From positions 186,001-250,000 of the forward strand of contig NW_027266264.1 in assembly GCF_022045235.1 (NCBI RefSeq): DNA of 64,000 nucleotides, read 5' to 3'. Positions within the stretch are counted from its first letter, which is position 1, and every line of letters starts with the position of its first letter. The stretch is from Haliotis cracherodii (Eukaryota). The position numbers and the translations under genes are program-made. Below, piece after piece: positions 39,306 to 51,338 of this stretch. The notes under the pieces were generated by a model. That model made no database searches. It was not told the origin of the DNA and was given only the letters and a program-made list of their open reading frames with translations.

Positions 39306-40181
39306 TATATATATTGTATTTTATCATATAATGGGTAGGTTTCTCGGCAGGATAAAGCCAACGGATAAAAACGATATCCGTTGGGGACATATGCGGATAG
39401 AGATGCAAATATCAAAGGTCAAGTAGGGACTACTTTCACTGTTTATAAACAAACATGGCGTCGCCCTCGTCATTCGGCGATCGAGTCAGAATTAACCATC
39501 AGGAATCTGGATATCCTCCAGGGATAGTTGCTATCATTATCAAAAGAAAAGTCTAATATACTGAAAATCAGTGTCTAACTGTGATGTAGCTAAGGCATTT
39601 TATAAGTTTTGGCAACTTTGGAGAAATATATATTTCGAAACAATTTTGCGAGGGCACGAGGCCTAGCCAAGCGGGATCAGTAGCCATATCTGTGCTTGTA
39701 GACCTCTGCGGCTTGAAACCTTTAACAAATTAAAATAGTTGGATTTGGCCGAAATATGTTTGAATTGTTACCTTGTTTCGTTTTGTCGCTGTTTGTACAT
39801 CTGACTAAACTTCTTAATGTTATGACAGGACAGAACGACTGTCAATAACGTCTGACCGTGACCGTGACGTCTCATAGTCTGGGGTTAGAGTAGCTTCTCT
39901 TTGACAAAGGACAGCTACTCTAGCGGACAGACTGATGGATTGCCGCGAAAGGCAATTAAAAAGAAGGATTGTTGTTTTGCGTATATTTTGCTTCGCCATT
40001 GTATAAGAAACAGATTTCAGTTGGAACTATATTGGCTACTGTCACTGTCCTACTGACACTTCACTTACCCTGTGACGTAATAAATATTAATGCGCGCATT
40101 CCAGGGAAACTCGCAATGTTTCGGTAATGTTTGTGAGAGAGGGAAAGCGATTTTCAAGCACAGAATAAAAGAATGACATTA

Positions 40182-40354
40182 TATGATAAAGATGTTATCA
40201 CGCTTGTGTGTTTGGGTATGGTAAATATCTTGTATTAGGAATAAACAGTATGTATTAAGCTCGCCAAGGCTCGCTAAATACAATGTTTATTCCTAATGCA
40301 GGATATTTACCATCCCCAAGCACACTCGCGTGATAACCTCTATATATTATCATA
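40182..40354. repeat. ~173-bp imperfect palindrome, probable non-autonomous DNA element
   Basis: Arms GTTATCACGC..GGTAAATATC..ATTAGGAATAAACA and TGTTTATTCCTAAT..GATATTTACC..GCGTGATAAC around loop GCTCGCCAAGGCTCG. Confidence 0.8.
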
Positions 40355-41359
40355 ATATTAGATTGTAACAAAGACTTGTAACATGGAACACGTTTCATTG
40401 TACAGCTGCAGATATATGGGCTGTTGTTCCTTTGTGTGGATATTGAAGGGTACATTCCTCAATCAGGATGACTGAAACCTCTGTCCATTTATTTTGCTAA
40501 TTGACAAAAATATCCACGTTCAATAGGACTTAAAAGCATGATAATAGACTAATTATGCTGGGATTAGTAGTGAAAACACAACTAATGTACACTGACTTTC
40601 GTTTTCTTTTAATCCTATCATTTCAGCCACTGGGTGATGAAAATAAAAAAACAAAATGTTTGGAATTGTTATCATATTAGAACAAGTGGACTGACTTTCC
40701 AGTCATTATGTAAAATAACTAAAATATTCAGGCGTTTTATTAATTGACTAAGTGACAATTTCAGTCATTTTACACATTGACTGCAACATATCCACACTAT
40801 ATGATAGCCAATGCTCAGCTGCCATCCTTAGCTTGTGTCCCAAGTCAAACTTGGAAAACTGCAGAATACTAAAAGCTAGTAAGTTGTCAAAACATCGTCA
40901 CCATCACCGATGCGACCTCCAAATATGCCTACATTTCCGTTCCAAGATAAAACTGTATTTCATTTTGTTGGTCAATGTGACATCACGCCCTTATAATATC
41001 AATAAACGAGACAAATGCGTTTACAGTTGGCGCAGCATAGATAACGAAAAAATCGAGATTACTGGGATATCATCCGGAAAGGTTTGAAATAAAGGAATAA
41101 TAAAAAGTTACTTATTTCATGATTTTTTACAATGCCGTTATAAACATATAGAAAACTCACTCAGATTGAATGCATTCGAGTTTAACACACTAATTGAAGT
41201 TGAACATGTAAACGGTGTCCCCGTCGTGATAGTTCAAGAATATGTCCTTACGTGGTATCTATATGTACATACCTCATCACTGAATCATGAAAAATAAAAG
41301 CGTTTGTTAAGAATGAATTGATAAAAAAACGTTAATATAAGAATCAGTATTCACCAAGG

Positions 41360-43895
41360 ATCAGGAGTCATAATCCCTTGTATACATCCTGCGTAGAGCA
41401 AGTCATAACCCCTAGTATACAACCTGCCTAGAGCAAGTCATTACCTCTTGTATACAACCTGCTTAGAGCAAGTCATAACCCCTGTATACAACCTGCCTAG
41501 AGCAAGTCATAACCCCTAGTATACAACCTGCATAGAGCTAGTCGTAACCTCTTGTATACAATCTACATAGAGCAAGTCTTAACCCCTTGTATACAACCTG
41601 AATAGAGCAAGTCATAACCCCTTATATACAACCTGCATAGAGCAAGTCATAACCCCTTATATACAACCTGCATATACCAAGTCATAACCCCTGTATACAA
41701 CCTGCCTAGAAGTCATAACCCCTTATATACAACCTGCATGGAGCAAGTCATAACCTCTGTATACAACCTGCATAGAGCAAGTCGTAACCTCTTGTATACA
41801 GCCTGCATAGAGCAAGTCATAACCCCTAGTATACAACCTGCATAGAGCAAGTCATAACCCCTAGTATACAACCTGCATAGAGCAAGTCATAACCCCTTAT
41901 ATACAACCTGCATATAGCAAGTCATAACCCCTGTATACAACCTGCCTAGAAGTCATAACCCCTTATATACAACCTGCATGGAGCAAGTCATAACCTCTGT
42001 ATACAACCTGCATAGAGCAAGTCGTAACCTCTTGTATACAACCTGCATAGAGCAAGTCATAACCCCTAGTATACAACCTGCATAGAGCAAGTCATAACCC
42101 CTAGTATACAACCTGCATATAGCAAGTCATAACCCCTTATATACAACCTGCCTAGAGCAAGTCATAACCTCTTGTATACAACCTGCATAGTGCAAGTCAT
42201 AACCTCTGTATACAACCTGCATAGAGCAAGTCATAACCCCTAGCATACAACCTGCCTAGAGCAAGTCATAACCCCTCATATACAACCTGCCTAGAGCAAG
42301 TCATAACTTCTTGTATACAACCTGCATAGAGCAAGTCATAACCCCTTATATACCACCTGCCTAGAGCAAGTCATAATCCCTGTATACAACCTGCCTAGAG
42401 CAAGTCATAATCCCTGTATACAACCTGCCTAGAGCAAGTCATAACCCCTAGTATACAACCTGCCCAGAGCAAGTCATAACCTCTTGTATACAACCTGCCT
42501 AGAGCAAGTCATAACCCCTAGTATACAACCTACCTAGAGCAAGTCATAACCTCTCGTATACAACCTGCATAGAGCAAGTCATAACCCCTAGTATACAACC
42601 TGCCTAGAGCAAGTTATAACCTCTTGTATACAACCTGCCTAGAGCAAGTCATAACCCTTGTATACAACCTACCTAGAGCAAGTCATAACCTCTCGTATAC
42701 AACCTGCTTAGAGCAAGTCATAACCCCTGTATACAACCTGCCTAGAGCAAGTCATAACCCCTAGCATACAACCTGCATAGGGCAAGTCATCACCCCTGTT
42801 ACACAACCTGCATAGAGCAAGTCATAACCCCTGATACACAACCTGCCTAGAGCAAGTCATAACCCCTAGTATACAACCTGCGTAGAGCAAGTCATAACCC
42901 CTGTATACAACCTGCATAGAGCAAGTTATAACCTCTTGTATACAACCTGCCTAGAGCAAGTCATAACCCCTTATATACCACCTGCCTAGAGCAAGTCATA
43001 ATCCCTGTATACAACCTGCCTAGAGCAAGTCATAATCCCTGTATACAACCTGCCTAGAGCAAGTCATAACCCCTAGTATACAACCTGCCTAGAGCAAGTC
43101 ATAACCTCTTGTATACAACCTGCCTAGAGCAAGTCATAACCCCTGTATACAACCTACCTAGAGCAAGTCATAACCTCTCGTATACAACCTGCCTAGAGCA
43201 AGTCATAACCCCTAGTATACAACCTGCCTAGAGCAAGTCATAACCTCTTGTATACAACCTGCCTAGAGCAAGTCATAACCCCTGTATACAACCTACCTAG
43301 AGCAAGTCATAACCTCTCGTATACAACCTGCATAGAGCAAGTCATAACCCCTAGTATACAACCTGCTTAGAGCAAGTCATAACCCCTGTATACAACCTGC
43401 CTAGAGCAAGTCATAACCCCTAGCATACAACCTGCATAGGGCAAGTCATCACCCCTGTTACACAACCTGCATAGAGCAAGTCATAACCCCTGATACACAA
43501 CCTGCCTAGAGCAAGTCATAACCCCTAGTATACAACCTGCGTAGAGCAAGTCATAACCCCTGTATACAACCTGCATAGAGCAAGTTATAACCTCTTGTAT
43601 ACAACTTGCGTAGAGCAAGTCATAATCCCTGTATACAACCTGCCTAGAGCAAGTCATAACCTCTCGTATACAACTTGCGTAGAGCAAGTTATAACCCCTT
43701 GTATACAACCTGCCTAGAGCAAGTCATAACCTCTTGTATACAACCTGCCTAGAGCAAGTCATAACCTCTGTATACAAACTGCATAGAGCAAGTTATAACC
43801 TCTTGTATACAACCTGCCTAGAGCAAGTCATAACCTCTGTATACAAACTGCATAGAGCAAGTTATAACCTCTTGTATACAACTAGCGTAGAGCAA
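41360..43895. repeat. 34/35-bp minisatellite (GTATACAACCTGCCTAGAGCAAGTCATAACCCCTA)
   Basis: Period 35 (41821 vs 41856); 240-bp block duplication (41701 vs 41941). Confidence 0.96.
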
Positions 43896-44324
43896 CAGGA
43901 TGGTTGTTGTAGAGATTCAAGTCTTTTGCACATCCAGACAATGTGTAACGATCAATTAAACCTGCGAAGTTTCATGACTGTCGATAAGTATTATTTCATA
44001 GCGAAATGTAACAATTATTCTGTCACTTCAAACCTTATTGTAAAAAAATATTTACAGATAAAGCTAATCTGCAACCCTTTATGTAAACTGTTTTACATTT
44101 AGGGATATCTTGTGACCCTCAGCAAATTTGATTAATTTTACAATAAGGGTTAATACGCAACTCTCAATACGGCACAATCTCTAGTCTTAAGTGTCGATAC
44201 TAAATACAGATTAAACATCAGTGTCAGAGTATATCCAGTCTCCATTATCCGCATTTGGTGTAAAAGGAAAAGTAGCGGTGAATGGATCACTGAACATCGG
44301 TGATGACACCAGCTGTTCGCTATA

Positions 44325-45155
44325 AAGGTCAGCATGTCCTGCTCTGTCGGTAACACCCGCAACTCACACAATAGAAAGGTAAGCATGACCTGCTCTGTCG
44401 GTAACACCCGCAACTCACACAATAGAAAGGAAAGCATGTCCTGCTCTGTCGGTAACACCCGCAACTCACACAATATAAAGGTAAGCATGACCTGCTCTGT
44501 CGGTAACACCCGCAACTCACACAATAGAAAGGTAAGCATGTCCTGCTCTGTCGGTAACACCCGCAACTCACACAATATAAAGGTAAGCATGACCTGCTCT
44601 GTCGGTAACACCCGCAACTCACACAATAGAAAGGTAAGCATGTCCTGCTCTGTCGGTAACACCCGCAACTCACACAATAGAAAGGTAAGCATGACCTGCT
44701 CTGTCGGTAACACCCGCAACTCACACAATAGAAAGGTAAGCATGTCCTGCTCTGTCGGTAACACCCGCAACTCACACAATAGAAAGGTAAGCATGTCCTG
44801 CTCTGTCGGTAACACCCGCAACTCACACAATAGAAAGGTAAGCATGTCCTGCTCTGTCGGTAACACCCGCAACTCACACAGTAGAAAGGTAAGCATATCC
44901 TGCTCTGTCGGTAACACCCGCAACTTACACAATATAAAAGTAAACATGTCCTGTTCTGTCGGTAACACCCGCAACTCACATAATATAAAAGTAAGCATGT
45001 CCTGTTTTGTCGGTTACACCCGCAACTCACACAATATAAAGGTAAGCATGTCCTGCTCTGTCGGTAACACCCGCAACTCACACAGTAGAAAGGTAAGCAT
45101 GTCCTGCTCTGTCGGTAACACCCGCAACTCACACAATATAAAGGTAAGCATGTCC
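44325..45155. repeat. 51-bp minisatellite, ~16 copies
   Basis: Unit AGGTAAGCATGTCCTGCTCTGTCGGTAACACCCGCAACTCACACAATAGAA. Confidence 0.96.
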
Positions 45156-45159
45156 TCCT

Positions 45160-45300
45160 TTGTGTCGTGTTATCGCCATGTCGTGTCGTGTTATCGCCAT
45201 GTCGTGTCGTGTTATCACCATGTCGTGTCGTGTTATCGCCATGTCGTGTCGTGTTATCGCCATGTCGTGTCGTGTTATCGCCATGTCGTGTCGTGTCGAT
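45160..45300. repeat. 21-bp CpG-rich tandem repeat (GTGTCGTGTTATCGCCATGTC)
   Basis: About 6.5 copies. Confidence 0.93.
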
Positions 45301-45598
45301 ATTTCGTTTTTGGCTGTATCGCAAAATCGCTATATCGTGTCGTGATATCGCAAAGTCGAGTCGTGCTATCACTTGCAGCGAAGTTCGTGATTGAAGATGA
45401 TCTCCTTCACATAAAGCTTGTAAAACCCGTGATTGAAGATGTTCCTCGACATCCCGGCAGAACATCACGAATACGAATCAATATTGCAAACCGCAACGGT
45501 TTCAATTCAACGTTAAACCACAGTTCATTCTCTGTTCATTATTGTAAATACCATATTTAAACAATAGAAGCGGACGGACGAAAGGTGGCTACACTCAC

Positions 45599-45607
45599 CG
45601 GCTGCAT
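45599..45607 (-). CDS. Secreted precursor, exon 1 coding part: MQP
   Basis: GACGAC-ATG CAG CCG|GTGAGT (strong donor, phase 0); no upstream ATG between it and a TATA-like element; joins exon 2 to give MQPKVLLVLVIVV. Pairing across the 14.3-kb intron is inferred. Confidence 0.62.
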
Positions 45608-45749
45608 GTCGTCTGATGGGTGGAGGTCGGCTTCTTGGGATGGATGGGTGGAGGTCGGCTTCTTGGGATGGGTGGAGGGGCGAGGTTGTGCTCCTTGGTG
45701 GTCAGCTGATGGTCGAGATTGGTGCCAAGTGATGCTTTGAGTGGCCCGG

Positions 45750-45790
45750 CCAGTTCAGGGTTCCCGGGCAGAGTGCAGCTCTAATATACC
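45750..45790 (-). promoter_or_regulatory. Candidate core promoter (TATA-like TATATTA at 45788-45782) of the secreted-precursor gene
   Basis: TATA-like motif followed by ~175 nt of ATG-free leader up to the ATG at 45607. Confidence 0.4.
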
Positions 45791-46002
45791 CGCTACTGTG
45801 TAATGTATACTCGCATCTGATTAGTTTCAACAACTCAGGAGCCACTCGATATGCCTCACTTTGATAGGATATTTACATAACCCCATCTGCCACACGCACC
45901 CGGTGCTCACCCTCAGATGCCACTCATTCATCAACACTGACAGCCTGTAAAATTGTAAAATATCATATGATAATAGTACACAATATGAAAATAGTAGAAG
46001 GG

Positions 46003-46003
<1 letters not shown>

Positions 46004-46060
<57 letters not shown>
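46004..46060. repeat. (GT)n microsatellite
   Basis: Pure GT run. Confidence 0.98.
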
Positions 46061-46063
<3 letters not shown>

Positions 46064-46477
46064 TCATATTCAATGACTGTACACACATCTGAGGTCAGAT
46101 ACTTCATATTCAATGTCTGTACAGACATCTGTGGTCAGATAATTTATATACAATGTCTGTACACTCATCTGAGGTCAGATACTTCATATTCAATGTCTGT
46201 ACAGACATCTGTGGTCAGATCATTTATATTCAATGTTTGTACAGACATCTGAGGTCAGATACTTCATATTCAATGTCTGTAAAGACATCTGAGGTCAGAT
46301 GATTTATATCCAATGTCTGTAAAGACATCTGAGGTCAGATAATTCATATACAATGTCTGTACAGACATCTGAGGTCAGATACTTCATATTCAATGTCTGT
46401 ACAGACATCTGTGGTCAGATAATTTATATTCAATGTCTGTACAGACATCTGAGGTCAGGTAATTTATATACAATGTG
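46061..46477. repeat. 40-bp minisatellite with a 14-bp palindrome (TGTCTGTACAGACA)
   Basis: Period 40, about 10 copies. Confidence 0.94.
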
Positions 46478-46654
46478 TTTAAGGACGTCTCGGTCGACAC
46501 TATACATATTCACGGAAGCGCCTTCCTAACAGTAGACACATTTCGAGTATTGAAACTTACAGAGAATAAAGATTACAGTGACATAAAAATAATAACAGTG
46601 TGCGTGATCCGATACAGTAACCCCTTTCTTCTCACAAACATATCTGTGTGAATG

Positions 46655-46875
46655 GACCCGTGGAGATCCAGGGCAGAATAGGTCTTCAGCAACCCATGCT
46701 TGCCGTAAAAGGCGACTACACTTGTCGTAAGAGGCCACTAACGGGATCGGGTGGTCAGACTCGCTGACTTGGTTGATGCATGTCATCGATCCCAATTGCG
46801 TGGATCACAGGATTGTCTGATCCAGACCCGATTATTTACAGACCGCCGTCATGTAGCTGGACTATATTGCTGCGT
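46655..46875 (+). mobile_element. Family B short retroposon (most complete 5' end in the window)
   Basis: Begins CCCGTGGAGATCC..AGAATAGGTCTTCAGCAACCCATGCTTG; homologous to the other B copies. Confidence 0.87.
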
Positions 46876-47285
46876 GCGCGCGTGCGTGAAGGTGTTTGTC
46901 TGTGTGTTGTCCCGGGATACACCTGGTAAACTCAGATCAGGTTCAGCCCAACACGTGCTCGTCTCACGTCTCGCTTCGCAGATGCTGTTGTATCGTTATC
47001 ACTGGTTCTCAATGGCGTGGTTACTTTCACACCTACATCCCTGTGACAGCTTTCATGGTTCAAGTTGAAACATCGATACAACCAGTAACATGTGTTTACA
47101 GTTGGGACAACTTTGTAAATATCCCTTTTGCAGTCACTGAAGACAATTTTGAATCCTTGCAAGGCAGATCATGCAGCGATTATCGCACATCCGTAATGAA
47201 TCTCACTTTAGCCAAGTTAACAGATCGTAGTTGTTTTGGGGAGGAGGGTAAATAATGCAAAAGTTTCATTTTAGTTTCATTGCGT

Positions 47286-47534
47286 TTTGTTTGTTTGTTA
47301 TTTAACGACGTACTCAGCAATGTTCCAGCTATATGTCGGCGGTCTGTAAAAACTAGAGTCTGAACCAGTGATTGAAATGATGAGCATCACTCCACGCAAT
47401 TGGAATACGATGACCTGCATCAACCAAGTCAGCGAGCCTGACCACCCGATCCTGTTAGACGCCTCTTAAAAACAAGCATAGTCAACTTTTACGGCAAGCA
47501 TGGCTTGGTGACGACCCATTCTATCCCGGATCTT
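47286..47534 (-). mobile_element. Family B short retroposon
   Basis: (TTTG)n followed by the reverse complement of the B consensus. Confidence 0.87.
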
Positions 47535-48371
47535 GTTAATGTCGGTGCCATGTTATGCGGTTAGGGAGCATTTCCGCTCAAGAGTAATTCTAACAAAAAC
47601 GTGTGTGTGTTGTGGTGGTGAGGGGTGTGGAGTGTGTGTGTTGTTGTGTGAACATTACCTTGGATATTCGTTTTTTTAAAGTTATTTTGTTTGTTTTTTT
47701 AAAAAAATAATTTATTATTCCATTTCATATATATTGTTACAAGTGTATATTTTGAAACGAGGAATCTGCATGGTGTGATCTGTCAATTTCAAGATTTCAC
47801 GGATCCAAAGCCAGATAGTGACAGAACTTAGGCATTTGTGGCCCAGAAATAGTTGATCGTGTATGATTTTCTTAATTGCGCGTGTTCTGAAACGAATTTC
47901 GTCAAGTTTGATAAGCTGTCACTTCAGTTGGGACATTGTTTTCGTGGACCTTCGAATAGGAGTGTTTTCCGATGGACTTTCAAATCCCCTCCGGCCAAAT
48001 CTAACGATGGTGGTTTACGGAGATGGCAACGAACATCGATCACTACGACTATACTGTAACTCCTATACTTTAACATATACTTATATGACTGTTTTAGCGC
48101 TACGATCCCTTTGTGAAACGGGCCCCTGGCTGGTATTATAGACAGAACGTGTATTAGAGGAAATAAAGATTCGTTTTACAGCTTATATGGGGGTGGTCGA
48201 TCGGCAGCCATTTTTTATGAATCGATATGTAGCCTTTTCTATGTATTCATGCGCACGTTTTTTTTTTGTGAAAAGGCCTAAGATATTTGAAAGGGGTTTC
48301 CGTAGCTAAAGGGAAACCTCTTTTTAACCAAGCAGAATCAAGCATTCATCAATGTCATGGTAGAATCATTT

Positions 48372-50928
48372 GACTTCTGCCATCTCACAAACGGCATGAC
48401 TCCTGCCATCTCACTCACGGCATGACTCCTGTCATCTCACTCACGACATGACTCCTGCCTCACTCACGGCATGACTCCTGCCATCTCACTCACGGCATGA
48501 CTCCTGTCATCTCACTTACGGCATGACTCCTGCCATCTCACTCACGGCATGACTCCTGCCATCTCACTCACGACATGACTCCTGCCATCTCACTCACGGC
48601 ATGACTCCTGCCATCTCACTCACGGCATGACTCCTGCCATCTCACTCACGGTATGACTCCTTCCATCTCACTCACGGCATGACTCCTGCCATCTCACAAA
48701 CGGCATGACTCCTGCCATCTCACAAACGGTATGACTCCTGCCATCTCACTCACGGGATGACTCCTGCCATCTCACAAACGGCATGACTCCTGCCATCTCA
48801 CTCACGGCATGACTCCTGCCATCTCACAAACGGCATGACTCCTGCCATCTCACAAACGGCATGACTCCTGCCATCTCACTCACGGCATGACTCCTAGCTG
48901 CCATCTCACTCACGGCATGACTCCTGCCATCTCATTCACGGCATGACCCCTGTCATCTCACTCACGGCATGACTCCTAGCTGCCATCTCACTCACGGCAT
49001 GACTCCTAGCTGCCATCTCACTCACGGCATGACTCCTAGCTGCCATCTCACTCGACATGTCCCCTAGCTGTCATCTCACTCACGGCATGACTCCTGCCAT
49101 CTCACTCACGGCATGACTCCTGCCATCTCACTCACGGCATGACTCCTGCCATCTCACAAACGGTATGACTCCTGCCATCTCACTCACGGGATGACTCCTG
49201 CCATCTCACTCACGGCATGACTCCTGCCATCTCACTCACGGCATGACTCCTGCCATCTCACAAACGGCATGACTCCTGCCATCTCACAAACGGCATGACT
49301 CCTGCAATCTCACTCACGGCATGACTCCTAGCTGCCATCTCACTCACGGCATGACTCCTGCCATCTCACTCACGGCATGACTCCTGCCATCTCACTCACG
49401 GCATGACTCCTGCCATCTCACTCACGGCATGACTCCTAGCTGCCATCTCACTCACGGCATGACTCCTGCCATCTCACTCACGGCATGACTCCTGCCATCT
49501 CACTCACGGCATGACTCCTGCCATCTCACTCACGGCATGACTCCTAGCTGCCATCTCACTCACGGAATGACCCCTGCCATCTCACTCACGGCATGACTCC
49601 TGCCATCTCACTCACGGCATGACTCCTGCCATCTCACTCACGACATGTCCCCTAGCTGCCATCTCACTCACGGCATGACTCATGCCATCACACTAACGGC
49701 ATGACTCCTGCCATCTCACTCACGGCATGACTCCTGCCATCTCACTCACGGCATGACTCCTGCCATCTCACTCACGGAATGACTCCTGCCATCTCACTCA
49801 CGGCATGACTCCTGCCATCTCACTCACGACATGTCCCCTAGCTGTCATCTCACTCACGGAATGACTCCTGCCATCTCACTCACGGCATGACTCCTGCCAT
49901 CTCACTCACGGCATGACTCCTGCCATCTCACAAACGGCATGACTCCTGCCATCTCACTCACGGTATGACTCCTTCCATCTCACTCACGGCATGACTCCTG
50001 CCATCTCACAAACGGCATGACTCCTGCCATCTCACAAACGGTATGACTCCTGCCATCTCACTCACGGGATGACTCCTGCCATCTCACAAACGGCATGACT
50101 CCTGCCATCTCACTCACGGCATGACTCCTGCCATCTCACAAACGGCATGACTCCTGCCATCTCACAAACGGCATGACTCCTGCCATCTCACTCACGGCAT
50201 GACTCCTAGCTGCCATCTCACTCACGGCATGACTCCTGCTATCTCACTCACGGCATGACTCCTAGCTGCCATCTCACTCACGGCATGACTCCTGCTATCT
50301 CACTCACGGCATGACTCCTGCTATCTCACTCACGGCATGACTCCTGCCATCTCACTCACGGCATGACTCCTGCCATCTCACAAACGGAATGACTCCTGCC
50401 ATCTCTCAAACGGAATGACTCCTGCCATCTCACATACGGCTTAACTCCTGCCATCTACAAAAGGAATGACTCCTGCCATCTCACAAACGGCATAACTCCT
50501 GCCATCTCACTCACGGCATGACTCCTGCCATCTCACTCACGGCATGACTCCTGCCATCTCACAAACGGCCATTTCTGGTGCCCCCCATCCTGATATTGCT
50601 GGGATATTGCTCACGGCATGACTCCTGCCATCTCACTCACGGAATGACTCCTGCCATCTCACTCACGGCATGACTCCTGCTATCTCACTCACGGCATGAC
50701 TCCTGCTATCTCACTCACGGCATGACTCCTGCCATCTCACAAACGGAATGACTCCTGCCATCTCTCAAACGGCATGACTCCTGCCATCTCACTCACGGCA
50801 TGACTCCTGCCATCTTACTCACGGAATGACTCCTGCCATCTCACAAACGGCATAACTCCTGCCATCTCACTCACGGCATGACTCCTGCCATCTCACTCAC
50901 GGCATGACTCCTGCCATCTCACAAACGG
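48372..50928. repeat. 26-bp minisatellite (GCCATCTCACTCACGGCATGACTCCT) with 30-bp TAGC-insertion variants
   Basis: Period 26 or 30. Confidence 0.97.
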
Positions 50929-50990
50929 CCATTTCTGGTGCCCCCCATCCTGATATTGCTGGGATATTGCTTAAAGCGGCGTAAAACCAT
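50929..50990 (+). mobile_element. 5'-truncated family A SINE; a partial duplicate lies at 50569-50611
   Basis: CCATTTCTGGTG..TGATATTGCTGG..AAAGCGGCGTAAAAC matches the 3' half of 18183-18349. Confidence 0.8.
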
Positions 50991-51211
50991 ACTGCTTATG
51001 CAGACACTTGAGTTTTCCAAAATATTGTTTGGATAAACCAGGGTAATTTTTTCCAGCCTCCAGTATCCAGCATATCATATCATAAAGGAATGGAGATATA
51101 GTATGCTTTATAATCGAGGGTGACGTTTTCGGTAGTCCTGCTCTATGAAATACATGTATTTTACAAAACCAAGGCAATCTAGCAACCAGGATCGGGAAAG
51201 AAAACGCAGAG

Positions 51212-51338
51212 GAGTGAGTGAGTGAGTGAGTTGGGTTTAACGACGCTTTTAACAGTATTCCAGTTCTATCAAAGCGTGTCAGCTTAATGTTGGAGGAAAG
51301 CCCGAAGTGATGGAGGTCTTAGACGTTTACGACTTCGA
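51212..51338 (-). mobile_element. 5'-truncated family C SINE
   Basis: (GAGT)n tail; reverse complement matches ~52525-52625. Confidence 0.8.

Noticed and set aside
39455-39557. ATG in good context (AAACATGGCG) opening a 33-codon frame
   Set aside because: Short, no homology recognised, no convincing splice partner
44150-45560. Cys-rich ORF (YCVSCGCYRQSRTCLP)n suggesting a metal-binding protein
   Set aside because: Translation of the 51-bp array, open in three frames; inside predicted intron 1
48095-48126. TIR-like end TTTGTGAAACGGGCCCC
   Set aside because: No matching second terminus or TSD found, so no element could be delimited
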